Origin: a bacterium
Lineage (GTDB): Bacteria > JADJOY01
Assembly: GCA_046331705.1 (NCBI GenBank)
Contig: JAXLQJ010000001.1
Span: 124,001-188,000 of the forward strand
Direction of reading: 5' to 3'
Length of the DNA stretch: 64,000 bases
Both the position numbers and the translations under genes were made by a program. Shown one piece after another: positions 1 to 10,479 of this stretch; within the stretch, counting starts at the first letter, position 1; the number at the start of each line of letters is the position of its first letter. A model generated the notes under the pieces. That model ran no database searches. It was not told the DNA's origin and saw nothing but the letters and a program-made list of their open reading frames with translations.

Positions 1-1517
1 CCGGTGTTCACGTCGCGCCCGGGAGCGTCCACGTCCTGCGCCGTGTAGTCGAGGAGCGCGCGGATGTCGCGCGCCTTGCACGCGGTGTTCTGGCTCCAAA
101 CCGCGGCCGCCACGCCCACCACGTGCGGCGTGGCCATCGACGTGCCGTCGAAGAAGTCGTAGTTGCCCTTGCCGACCGCGAGCTCGAACTCATCCCCCTC
201 GAGGTATTCGAGCGTGGGGCCCGCCGTGCCTGCGACCGAGACCGCCGGGATGACGATGTTCGCGTCGACGCCCTCGAGCGTTCCCGTGAAGAGCGCGTCG
301 CTGTTGTTGAAGATCACCGCGCCCAGGCCGCCGCTGCGCTTGCACTCCTTCACCTTCTCGACGAACGTGATCGTGCCGCGCTCGATCACGCAGAGCTTCC
401 CGGAGGCACCGGCGCAATCGCCGGGGCTGCCGAGCCCGTCCACCGCGTTGCAGCGGAAGAGCGGCGCCGTGACGTCGGCGATGGCGCTGCCCTGAAGCGC
501 CGCGGCCTCGAACTCGGCGACCATCCCGTTCTTGGTGTTGAGCACCACGGTGGGCGCAAGCCGCACTTCCGAACCTTGCGCCTTGGGCACGGTGGAGCGC
601 ACCGCCACGCCCGGGCCAGCGATCTCCACGTCGTCGTTGAACTGCGAGAAGCTCGCGTGCGCGAGGGCGGAATCGACCGCCGCCACCGACATCACCGAGT
701 CGTAAGCCGCGGGGTACGACTTCCGCGAGTTGCCGTCGTTGCCCGCCGCGGCGATCGGCAGGACGTTGTTCGCGAGCGCGTTGTCGAGCGCCTTCTTCTC
801 GGTCGCGGTCGGCGTGCCGCCGCCCAAGCTCATGTTGATGACCTTCGCGTGGCCCTCGTCGATGCACTTCCCGACCGCATCGGCGAGATCCGACGAGTAC
901 GCGTACTCGCCGTCGTCACCGAAGAGCTTGACGATGTGGATCGGCAGCACGCCGTTGCCGTTCACGCCCACCACGCCGATGGCGTTGTCGAGCGCCGAGA
1001 TGGTGCCCGCCACGTGCGTGCCGTGATGGCTGCCGTCGTGGAAGGGGTCACCCGTGCCCGGATCGGGGGACGCGGTGACGCGCTTGGTCTGGAGATCCTC
1101 GTGCCCCTTGTCGTATCCCGAGTCGATGATGCACACGGGGATCTTCCCCGTGTCGAGCTGGGGATCGGCGGTGACCGCATCGATTCCCCACGGCGTGACC
1201 TGTGGCCCGGTCGGCGAGGGCGCGCGCACCGACAGCGGGTAGCGCGGGGCGTCCTGCTCGACCAGCTCGATCGCGGCGTTGGCCCTCAGCTTCGCGAGCG
1301 CGCCCGCCGGCACCTTGACCGCCAGCGCGTTCAGCTTGGTGAGCTCGCGGATCACCTTGCCGCCCGCGGCCTCCACCGCCTTGCGCGCCTTGGCACCATC
1401 CTTGTAGACGACGATCTGGCGCTCCGGGTCCGGCTGCCCTGCCCGCGCCACGCCGACGGCGGCCAACCCCAGCGCAGCCGCCATCCCCACAGCCCATGCA
1501 CTACGCCATCGCTTCAT
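1..1517 (-). CDS. S8 subtilisin-like serine protease with I9-like propeptide and PA domain (3' end runs off the window start)
   Basis: Not in the ORF track because there is no stop in the window. Manual translation from ATG 1517 (GGAGGAG RBS) gives MKRWRSAWAVGMAAALGLAAVGVARAG (signal peptide), IIDSG, HGTHVAG, AAGN and GTSMATPHV. Colinear paralog of 1669-3327. Confidence 0.93.
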   Translation of the reverse strand, partial: MKRWRSAWAVGMAAALGLAAVGVARAGQPDPERQIVVYKDGAKARKAVEAAGGKVIRELTKLNALAVKVPAGALAKLRANAAIELVEQDAPRYPLSVRAPSPTGPQVTPWGIDAVTADPQLDTGKIPVCIIDSGYDKGHEDLQTKRVTASPDPGTGDPFHDGSHHGTHVAGTISALDNAIGVVGVNGNGVLPIHIVKLFGDDGEYAYSSDLADAVGKCIDEGHAKVINMSLGGGTPTATEKKALDNALANNVLPIAAAGNDGNSRKSYPAAYDSVMSVAAVDSALAHASFSQFNDDVEIAGPGVAVRSTVPKAQGSEVRLAPTVVLNTKNGMVAEFEAAALQGSAIADVTAPLFRCNAVDGLGSPGDCAGASGKLCVIERGTITFVEKVKECKRSGGLGAVIFNNSDALFTGTLEGVDANIVIPAVSVAGTAGPTLEYLEGDEFELAVGKGNYDFFDGTSMATPHVVGVAAAVWSQNTACKARDIRALLDYTAQDVDAPGRDVNT

Positions 1518-1668
1518 GCGACTCCTCCCCCGCGATCGATTCCTCGATCGCACACGAGTGTGCTGCCGAAAAGCCGAACCTACCGCTCCTCACCCCGCCA
1601 CGTCCACGCCAGCCGCGATCCGCCACGGACGCGGCGACGCTCGTCTCGCCCACGACGACGCGGGCGGG

Positions 1669-3327
1669 TCATTTGCAGACCTTCTGACCGCCCTTGCTCT
1701 GGCAGACACCCGAGCAGCAGTCGCTCATGCTCGTGCAGCTCTGGCCCTTCTGGTGGAGCGTGCAGACCTCCTGGAAGCCGTCGCAATCGAGCTTCTCGAG
1801 CGCGGCCTCGTAGTCGACCAGGCCATAGCCGGTGTTCGCGTCGCGACCCGGTACGTCGACGTCGTGCGCCGTGAAATCGAGCAGCGCGCGGATGTCGCGG
1901 GCCTTGCACGTGGGATCGTGGCCCCACACCGCCGCCGCCACTCCCGAGACGTGCGGCGTGGCCATCGAGGTGCCGTCCAGGAACTCGTAGTTGCCGTTGT
2001 CCTTCACCACCACCTGGAAGTCGAAACCCTCTAGGACTTGTTCCATCGACGTGCCGTCCACGCCGGAGGTCGACACCGCCGGGATCTTAATGGTGGCGCC
2101 CTGGCCGTCCACCGTGCCGGTGAACATCGCGTCGCTCGAGTTGAAGATCACCGCCGCCGCGCCGCCGCGCCGCTGACACTCGACGACCTTCTGCGCGAAC
2201 GTGTTCGTCCCGCGCTCGATCAAGCAGATCTTGCCGATGGCGCCTTGGCAGTCGCCCTCGCTGCCGAGCCCGTCCACGGCCTTGCAGCGATAGAGCGGCG
2301 CCGTCACGTCGCCCTCGCCGCTGCCGACGAAGGGCGCGCCCTCGAAGTGGTAGGCGTCGACCACGTTGTAGAGCTGCACTTCCGTGCCCCGGCTCTTCGG
2401 ATACGTCGACCGCACCGCCACGCCAGGTCCGGCGATCTCCACGTCGTCGTTGAATTGCGAGAAATCCGCGTGATCGAGCGCCGAGTCGACCGCCGCCACC
2501 GACATCACCGAGTCGTAGCCCGCGGGGTAGGACTTCTTCGCGTTGCCGTCGTTTCCGGCGGCGGCGATCGAGAGCACGTTCTTCTCGAGCGCCTGATCGA
2601 AGGCCTTCTTCTCGGTCTGGGTGGGCGTTCCACCGCCCAAGCTCATGCTGATGATCCGCGCCTTGCCCTCGTCGATGCACTTGCCGACGGCGGCCGCGAG
2701 ATCGCTCGAGTACGCGTACGCGCAGTCGTCGCCGAAGACCTTGACGATGTGCAGCGGCTGATCGCCCGCGCCGTTCACGCCCACCACGCCGATCGCGTTG
2801 TCGAGCGCCGAGATGGTGCCCGCGACGTGGGTGCCGTGACCGCAACCGTCGTGGAAGGGATCGCCGGTGCCGGGATCGGACGACGAGGTGACGTACTTCG
2901 TCTGCAGATCCTCGTGGGGGCGGTGGTAGCCCGAGTCGATGATGCAGACCTTCACTCCCGGCACGTCGTTGAAGGTGTCCGCCTTCACGGCGTCGACGCC
3001 CCACGGCCGGCGCTGACCGCCGGTGGGCGACGGTGCCCGGACCGCGAACGGGTAGCGCGGCGCGTCTCCCTCCACCAGCTCGACGGCCGCGTTGGCGGCG
3101 AGCTTGGCGCGGGCGCTGGCCGGGAGCTTGACGGCGAGCGCGTTCAGCGCGGTGAGCTCGCGGATGACTCTTCCGCCCAACTCCTCGACGGCCTTGCGCG
3201 CCTTCGCCGCGTCCTTGTAGACGACGATCTGGCGCTCGGGGTCGGGCGCGCCGGCGCGCGCGGGTGCGCCCCACGCCATCGCCGAGAGCAGCGCCGCCAC
3301 CGCCATCACCGCACGTCGAATCCGCAT
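1669..3327 (-). CDS. S8 subtilisin-like serine protease with PA domain and Cys-rich C-terminal tail
   Basis: Signal peptide; catalytic motifs IIDSG, HGTHVAG, GTSMATPHV; oxyanion AAGN; PA insert (GKICLIERGTNTFAQKV); C-terminal C-C-CC-C-C. Confidence 0.95.
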   Translation of the reverse strand: MRIRRAVMAVAALLSAMAWGAPARAGAPDPERQIVVYKDAAKARKAVEELGGRVIRELTALNALAVKLPASARAKLAANAAVELVEGDAPRYPFAVRAPSPTGGQRRPWGVDAVKADTFNDVPGVKVCIIDSGYHRPHEDLQTKYVTSSSDPGTGDPFHDGCGHGTHVAGTISALDNAIGVVGVNGAGDQPLHIVKVFGDDCAYAYSSDLAAAVGKCIDEGKARIISMSLGGGTPTQTEKKAFDQALEKNVLSIAAAGNDGNAKKSYPAGYDSVMSVAAVDSALDHADFSQFNDDVEIAGPGVAVRSTYPKSRGTEVQLYNVVDAYHFEGAPFVGSGEGDVTAPLYRCKAVDGLGSEGDCQGAIGKICLIERGTNTFAQKVVECQRRGGAAAVIFNSSDAMFTGTVDGQGATIKIPAVSTSGVDGTSMEQVLEGFDFQVVVKDNGNYEFLDGTSMATPHVSGVAAAVWGHDPTCKARDIRALLDFTAHDVDVPGRDANTGYGLVDYEAALEKLDCDGFQEVCTLHQKGQSCTSMSDCCSGVCQSKGGQKVCK

Positions 3328-3530
3328 CGCTCGCTTCCCCTCTCTGCGATCGCTCGATCGCTCGCGTTGCCGCTCGAAGATTCGTCGAAGCTACCCCTGC
3401 AGAACCACCGACGTCCACGCCGACGTTGCGGCGCGCGGGAGGTGCCGCAGCGCGAGCGACCTTCCGAGCGTCGGCGCCGCGGATCTATGCTGGCCGACTC
3501 GCTCGCCGCCGCCACGGTCCGATTCCGCGC

Positions 3531-5147
<1,617 letters not shown>

Positions 5148-5200
5148 CCATCCCCGGCCGCGCTGCACCGCGCGGAGGGGGCCGGCGCGCCTGGTCGAGA

Positions 5201-5232
5201 TACTTGACTAGTCAAATAAATGCCGGGATACT
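5201..5232 (+). promoter_or_regulatory. sigma70-type promoter (TTGACT-17bp-GATACT) overlapped by palindromic operator TTGACTAGTCAA
   Basis: TTGACT at 5204-5209 and GATACT at 5227-5232; perfect 12-bp palindrome at 5204-5215 in an AT-rich patch directly upstream of a MarR gene. Confidence 0.75.
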
Positions 5233-5237
5233 CGGGC

Positions 5238-5672
5238 ATGCGATCACAGCCGCGCCTCTTTCACCTGCTCAACCAGGCCCGCCAGGCGCTCCTGACCCGT
5301 GCGAACGCCGAGACCGTGGCGCAGCTCGACATCACGGTCTCGCAGATGGTGTGCCTCTTCCAGCTCGTTCAGCAGGGCGCGAGTCGCCCCACCGAGCTCT
5401 CCGCCGCGCTCGCCCTCGATCCCGCCGCGATCACGCGAGTGGTCGCGCGTCTGGAGGAGAAAGGGCTGGTGCGGCGCACCGAGCACGCCGCCGACGGCCG
5501 CAGCCGGCTCGTCGACGTCACGGCGGCGGGACGCGAGCGCGCTCGCCGCGGCCTCGCCGTGCTCGCGAAGGCCAACGCCGCGCTGACGCAGGGCTTCGAC
5601 GACGAAGAGATCCGAACCGTCGCGCGCTTCCTCGAGCACGCGATCGCGTTGGGACGAGGGACGAGCTCATGA
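5238..5672 (+). CDS. MarR family transcriptional regulator
   Basis: Winged-helix pattern PTELSAALALDPAAITRVVARLEEKGLVRR...DGRSRLVDVTAAG. Confidence 0.93.
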   Translation: MRSQPRLFHLLNQARQALLTRANAETVAQLDITVSQMVCLFQLVQQGASRPTELSAALALDPAAITRVVARLEEKGLVRRTEHAADGRSRLVDVTAAGRERARRGLAVLAKANAALTQGFDDEEIRTVARFLEHAIALGRGTSS

Positions 5673-6166
5673 CGAACGCCACGCACGCGAGCCCGCTGCG
5701 CAAGCTCTCCGCCCGCTTCGGCGGCTCGGCGGCCGGCCGCTGGATGATCACGCAAGGGGTTTGCCTCGCGGCGCCCTATTTCCGCTCGATCCGCCCGCTC
5801 TTCACGCGTCTCGAGCCCGGGATGGTGGAGGCGCGGGTGGCGAATCGGCGGCGCGTCCACAACCACCTTCGCTCGATCCACGCCATCGCGATGTGCAACG
5901 CCGCGGAGCTGGTGGCGGGCAGCTGTTGCGAGCTGTCGGTCTCGCCGGCGCTGCGCTGGATCCCGGTCGGGATGAGCGTCGAGTACAAGAAGATCGCGCG
6001 GTCCGACGTGCGCGCCGTGTGCGACGGCCGTGACCTCGACTGGAACACCGCCGGGGAGCGGGAATTGCCGGTTCGGATCTACGACACCGACGGGGTCGAG
6101 GTCTTCTCCGCGCGCATCACCATGCGGCTATCGGAGAAGAAGGCGTCTGCAGCCAAGACGGGTTGA
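5669..6166 (+). CDS. Hotdog-fold PaaI/DUF4442 thioesterase-like protein
   Basis: APYFRSIRP...NHLRSIHAIAMCNAAEL motif; ATGA overlap with the marR stop. Confidence 0.88.
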   Translation: MTNATHASPLRKLSARFGGSAAGRWMITQGVCLAAPYFRSIRPLFTRLEPGMVEARVANRRRVHNHLRSIHAIAMCNAAELVAGSCCELSVSPALRWIPVGMSVEYKKIARSDVRAVCDGRDLDWNTAGERELPVRIYDTDGVEVFSARITMRLSEKKASAAKTG

Positions 6167-6200
6167 GCGAGGACGCCGCCGAGAACCGGGCCCGCCTCGC

Positions 6201-7823
6201 TCACGGCGAGGTGTCGGACCATTCGGCGAAACCGCCGGCTTCGAAGCCGTCCGCAAACAGATCGCCGTAGAGCACCTGCACGCTGCCGGCCAGCGGCGCG
6301 CTCGGCACGAAGGGATCCGTGGCGGAGCTGATCGCGAGGTCGGCGAAGCCCGAGCCGTCGAAATCGCCAGCGGCGAGGACGTAGCCGAATTGGTCGGAGG
6401 CGACAGGATCGCCGGTGATCCCGCCCGACGCCTTGGTCCAGTACGCGTTGCCGCCGGACGTGAGCCCGCCCGCGGCGCCGAGCAGCACGCGGACGGCCCC
6501 TGCGCTCGCGGCGCCGTTCACGGTGTGGCGCGGAATGTCGATCGCGAGATCGTCGGCGCCATCGCCGTTGAAGTCCGCTGCGGCGAGGGCACTGCCGAAG
6601 CCGTCGAGCGGCGCGACCGTGCCGCCCACGCCCGTGCTCAGCTCGGTCCAGAGCGTGTTCTGTGCGACCAAGCCGAAGAGACCCCCGCGCAGCAGGCTCA
6701 CCGCACCGGCGTGCGCGATGGTGCCGATGACGTCGAGATCGAACCCGCTCACGCCGACGGCGAGGTCCTCGTAGCCGTCCGCGTCGAAATCTCCCGCCGC
6801 GAGCGCCGAGCCGTAGAGCTGGTCGGTGGCGACGTTGCCGGGGACGTTCGTGGAGCCTTGGTCCCACACCTGCGCGAGCGTGGTGCCGAGCCCGTCCCCG
6901 CTGCCGTAGAGCACGAGGACCTCGCCAGCGTTCGTGGCGTCGTCGATGGGGTGATTGGGGAGCCCGATGGCGAGATCGTCGTAGCCATCGGCCAGCACGG
7001 TGCCCGTGAAATCGCCCACCGCCAAGGTGGTTCCCATGCGATCGCCGGTTTCCGATGAGCCCGGCACGCCGGGCGTGCTCATGTCCCAGAACTGGCTGCC
7101 GGTCCCACTCAGCCCCTGCGCCGTGCCGTAGAACACGGCCACGCCTCCCACGTCGGTGAACTCGAAGCCGGGGATCGGTCCGTTGAAGTCCTCGCCGGGC
7201 GTCGAGACCACCAGATCGTCGTGGCCGTCACTGTCGAAGTCGCCGACGGCGAGCATGAATCCGAACTCGTCGTCCTGCTCGGCGCTGTCCGAGACGTTCG
7301 CCGTATCCTGACTCAGCACGTCGAAGGATCCACCGTCCGGCCCGCTCGCGCTGCCCGCATAGATCAGCACCAAACCAGCCCCTGCATTGCCCCCGACCTC
7401 GGCGCCCGGACAGCCGATGGCGAGCTCTCGGTAGTCGTCGGAATCGAAGTTGCCCACCGCGACCGTTTCACCGCACCGGCCGTCGGCGTACGTCGCGGGC
7501 AACGTGATGCGTCGCGAGCCAGTCAGGACGAGCCCGGCTGGCCCACCGGGGATGAAGTAGACGGAGCCGAGGTCGACCGCGGGATTGCTGGTGCTTTCGC
7601 CGGGCGTCGTGACGATCAGGTCGTCGTATCCGTCGTCGTTCATGTCGCCCACCGTCGTCGCCGCGCCGAATGCATCGCCCTCCTCGCTGACCTGCAGGAA
7701 GTTGGATTGCTTCCACAGCTGGTTTTGCACGGTCGAGAGCCCGCTCGCGGTGGAGAAGGCGAACGAGCGGGCGGGAGCGAACGCCAGGAACGACATTAGA
7801 GCCGCGGCGAGACGGGTGCGCAT
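6201..7823 (-). CDS. Secreted FG-GAP (integrin-alpha-like) beta-propeller repeat protein
   Basis: Signal peptide MRTRLAAALMSFLAFAPARSFA; about 7 repeats FG..LA.GDF..DGY.DLA.G.P; C-terminal LFADGFE. Confidence 0.92.
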   Translation of the reverse strand: MRTRLAAALMSFLAFAPARSFAFSTASGLSTVQNQLWKQSNFLQVSEEGDAFGAATTVGDMNDDGYDDLIVTTPGESTSNPAVDLGSVYFIPGGPAGLVLTGSRRITLPATYADGRCGETVAVGNFDSDDYRELAIGCPGAEVGGNAGAGLVLIYAGSASGPDGGSFDVLSQDTANVSDSAEQDDEFGFMLAVGDFDSDGHDDLVVSTPGEDFNGPIPGFEFTDVGGVAVFYGTAQGLSGTGSQFWDMSTPGVPGSSETGDRMGTTLAVGDFTGTVLADGYDDLAIGLPNHPIDDATNAGEVLVLYGSGDGLGTTLAQVWDQGSTNVPGNVATDQLYGSALAAGDFDADGYEDLAVGVSGFDLDVIGTIAHAGAVSLLRGGLFGLVAQNTLWTELSTGVGGTVAPLDGFGSALAAADFNGDGADDLAIDIPRHTVNGAASAGAVRVLLGAAGGLTSGGNAYWTKASGGITGDPVASDQFGYVLAAGDFDGSGFADLAISSATDPFVPSAPLAGSVQVLYGDLFADGFEAGGFAEWSDTSP

Positions 7824-8023
7824 GCGTCCTCGGGAACTGCGGTTGGACCGCGACCACCACCGCTCGCGGGGCGCGCAGTGTACCGGAGCACCGCAGCGCT
7901 CCGCACCCGCGGGGCACGTCACGCTTGCGGCCGCGGAAGCGCGGCGCGCGGGACGATTCGGCGCGGACGCGACGACGGGTCAGCCGGGCGCGGCCGTGCG
8001 TGCGAGGGCGCCGGCGGCGCTCG

Positions 8024-9016
8024 TCAGAACCAGAGCGTCGCGACCGCCGCCGAGAGAATGGGGATCGCGAAGTTGTCCTCGAGGTCCTGGCACACGACCT
8101 CGACGAGCGCGCCGACCGCCGCCGCGCCAGCGGCCAGCAGCACCGTCGACGACCACGCGAGCTCGGGCACGGCGAGGCGCAGCAGCGCCAGCACCGCGAG
8201 TGCCGCGGCGGCGAAGAACCCGCCCATCCCCGCCCACGACTTGTTGCCCATGATCTTGCGACGGCCGTAGCGCTTGCCGATGAACGCCGCCGCCGGATCG
8301 CCGACCGCCAACACCAGCACGCCCACCGCCACCGCGTGGCGCGACATCAACGCCGTCATGATGGTGAGCGCCACCAGATAGAGCGTCGCGGAGTTGGTGC
8401 GATGGCGCTCCCACGGGCGCGACATGAAGCCGAAGGCCTTGTCCACCAGGAAGTCGTTCCAGCGGGTGGAGAAGCGACGTGTGATCTCGAGCGTGCCGAA
8501 GAGCCCGAGCAGGCTGAGCAGCACCGTCATCGCCTGCGCGCGCTCGAGCACGGTCTCGTAGAGGACCGCCGCGAGCAGGCCGCAGAACACGTGGAAGACG
8601 CTGCGGCCGATGCGCACCGGCTTGAGATGCGGTAGCCGGATCGCGCCCAGCGCCGCGCGGCGCAGCCGGATCTGGTGCAGAAGATCCTCGTAGCTCTTGG
8701 CGAGGGTCGCTTGCGCCGTCTCGAGGCGCGCGGCCATCGGCCCCTGGGCGACCTCGGCGGCGTAGTTCCGGAGCGTGTCGGCGACGCGATCCAGGCTCTC
8801 GGCGAGGCTGCGGCTGCGGCCGGCCAGCATCGCTCGGGCCTGAACCACGCGATCCGCCAGCACCCGGCAGCGCTCGGAGAGCGCGCGCGACCAAGCGTCG
8901 AACGCCTGCTGGGGCCGCGGCTCTTGCGCCCGCGACACCAGGTCGTGAAGCTCTTCCACGATGGCGGCGAGCTGCTCGCGCGCCGACACTCCACTGAGGG
9001 CGAATTCCCCCGTCAT
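8024..9016 (-). CDS. Diacylglycerol/polyprenol (dolichol/phytol) kinase family membrane protein with N-terminal helical extension
   Basis: RSVFH, GDPAAAFIGKRYGR, NKSWAG and EDNFAIP motifs of the CTP-dependent polyprenol kinase family. Confidence 0.85.
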   Translation of the reverse strand: MTGEFALSGVSAREQLAAIVEELHDLVSRAQEPRPQQAFDAWSRALSERCRVLADRVVQARAMLAGRSRSLAESLDRVADTLRNYAAEVAQGPMAARLETAQATLAKSYEDLLHQIRLRRAALGAIRLPHLKPVRIGRSVFHVFCGLLAAVLYETVLERAQAMTVLLSLLGLFGTLEITRRFSTRWNDFLVDKAFGFMSRPWERHRTNSATLYLVALTIMTALMSRHAVAVGVLVLAVGDPAAAFIGKRYGRRKIMGNKSWAGMGGFFAAAALAVLALLRLAVPELAWSSTVLLAAGAAAVGALVEVVCQDLEDNFAIPILSAAVATLWF

Positions 9017-9087
9017 CGCTCCCCCCCACCTCGACCGGCCGACCGGTCGACTCCCTGTCACGGCGACGATCGAGCTTAGCGCTCCGG

Positions 9088-9579
9088 TTAGTTCCGGGAA
9101 ACCGTTTCCGGAGGCGCGGGAACGCGCAAGGGTCCAGAGGTCTTGCGCAACAGGATCTCGCTCGCGCCCTCCACGATGAGGTCGCGCAGCACGCCCACCT
9201 CCTCGTAACCCTGGCGAGCATAGAAACGCCGCGCGGCCGCGTTGAAGTCGGACACGCACACGAAGAAGTTCTTGGCGCGCGCGAACACGATCCGCTCGAC
9301 GTGCTCGATCAGGCACGCCCCCACTCCGTGCGAGCGGTGCGCCTCGGCCACCACCAGCAGATTCAGGTAATCGCCCAGCATGTACGCCGGGCGGACCACG
9401 GCCAGCCCGGCGACTTCCTCGCCGAGAACGGCGACGTACGCTTCGCGCGCCTCCGGCAGGGGCCGGAACGCGGTGAGCCAGTCGACGCGCGTGTAGCCGA
9501 GGCGCGCCCACGGGTCGGAGCTCGTCAGCATCTCGATCACGGCGTCGCGGTCGCGCGCTTCCATCGGTCGGACCCGCAT
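9088..9579 (-). CDS. GNAT family N-acetyltransferase
   Basis: LVVAEAHRSHGVGACL acetyl-CoA motif and NAAARRFYARQGY. Confidence 0.9.
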   Translation of the reverse strand: MRVRPMEARDRDAVIEMLTSSDPWARLGYTRVDWLTAFRPLPEAREAYVAVLGEEVAGLAVVRPAYMLGDYLNLLVVAEAHRSHGVGACLIEHVERIVFARAKNFFVCVSDFNAAARRFYARQGYEEVGVLRDLIVEGASEILLRKTSGPLRVPAPPETVSRN

Positions 9580-9599
9580 CGTGGCGCCCGCGTTCCCGC

Positions 9600-10430
9600 T
9601 CACGGCGCGCCTCCGGCGGCGCTCGCCGGCGCGTCGCTCTCGTGCGCACAACCGTCGAGCAGGGTCGAGACCGTCACGAAGCGCCAGCCGCGCGCGACCG
9701 CCAGCTCGTCGATCATGCGCGTCACCAGGGCCTGCGTGTGATGGCCGTTCCCGTTGGCGTGGAAGACCACGATGCTGCCCGCCTCGATCCGCGACTCGAT
9801 GGCGCTCCACATGTGCTGCGCCGAAAGCGTGCGCGAGGGATCGCCGGAAACCACGTCCCACGTGATGACGCGGAGCCCGAGCGCCTCGGTGATCGCGAGC
9901 GAGGTCTGGTCGTACTCGCCGTATGGAGGCCGAAAGAGGCTCGACGGCCTGCCGAAGCGCTGCGCCAGCAGCTCCACCGCACCGCCGATCTCGGCTCGCT
10001 GCGCGGGGGCGGCGAGCGTGGGCAGGTGGAGATGGCGCGCGCCGTGGGTGCCGATCTCGAAGAAGGGAACGGCCAGCAGCTCGCGCAGCGCGCCGTCGTG
10101 CTTCGCCATCCAGCGCCCCGAGGCGAAGAACGTCGCCGGCACCTGGCGCTCGATGAGCATCTGGACGAGCGCCGCCTCGAAGCCCGGTGCGTGCGACACC
10201 GGACAGAGGTCGAACGTGAGCGCGAGCTGCGGGCAATCGCGCGGGCCGGCCTCGATGGGTGCGGCCGCCCAGGCGCGCCCGTCCGCGCACGCCAGCACGA
10301 GCACGGCGAGCGCCAACGGCGATCGCGCGCGGCCCAGCGCGCCGAGTCGGAACCGAAATGTGCGGGAAGTCACAGGGGCACGCGCCGCGCTATACGATGC
10401 TGAACCGCAAACTGCCACGACGTCCATCAT
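9600..10430 (-). CDS. Polysaccharide deacetylase (NodB/CE4) family protein; true start probably downstream of 10430
   Basis: LTFD, EIGTHGARH, FRPPYG and IVVFHAN motifs; signal-peptide-like segment. Confidence 0.88.
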   Translation of the reverse strand: MMDVVAVCGSASYSAARAPVTSRTFRFRLGALGRARSPLALAVLVLACADGRAWAAAPIEAGPRDCPQLALTFDLCPVSHAPGFEAALVQMLIERQVPATFFASGRWMAKHDGALRELLAVPFFEIGTHGARHLHLPTLAAPAQRAEIGGAVELLAQRFGRPSSLFRPPYGEYDQTSLAITEALGLRVITWDVVSGDPSRTLSAQHMWSAIESRIEAGSIVVFHANGNGHHTQALVTRMIDELAVARGWRFVTVSTLLDGCAHESDAPASAAGGAP

Positions 10431-10479
10431 CCGAGAATCCCGACCTCAGCCGTCCCGGATTCGCCCCAGAGGAGCCGAG

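Noticed and set aside
123-1874. Long + strand ORF, representative of many Arg/Ala-rich antisense and alternate-frame ORFs (e.g. 18042-19982, 32410-34917, 49715-52612)
   Set aside because: Shadow ORFs opposite recognisable genes, expected from high GC3 codon bias; no motifs.
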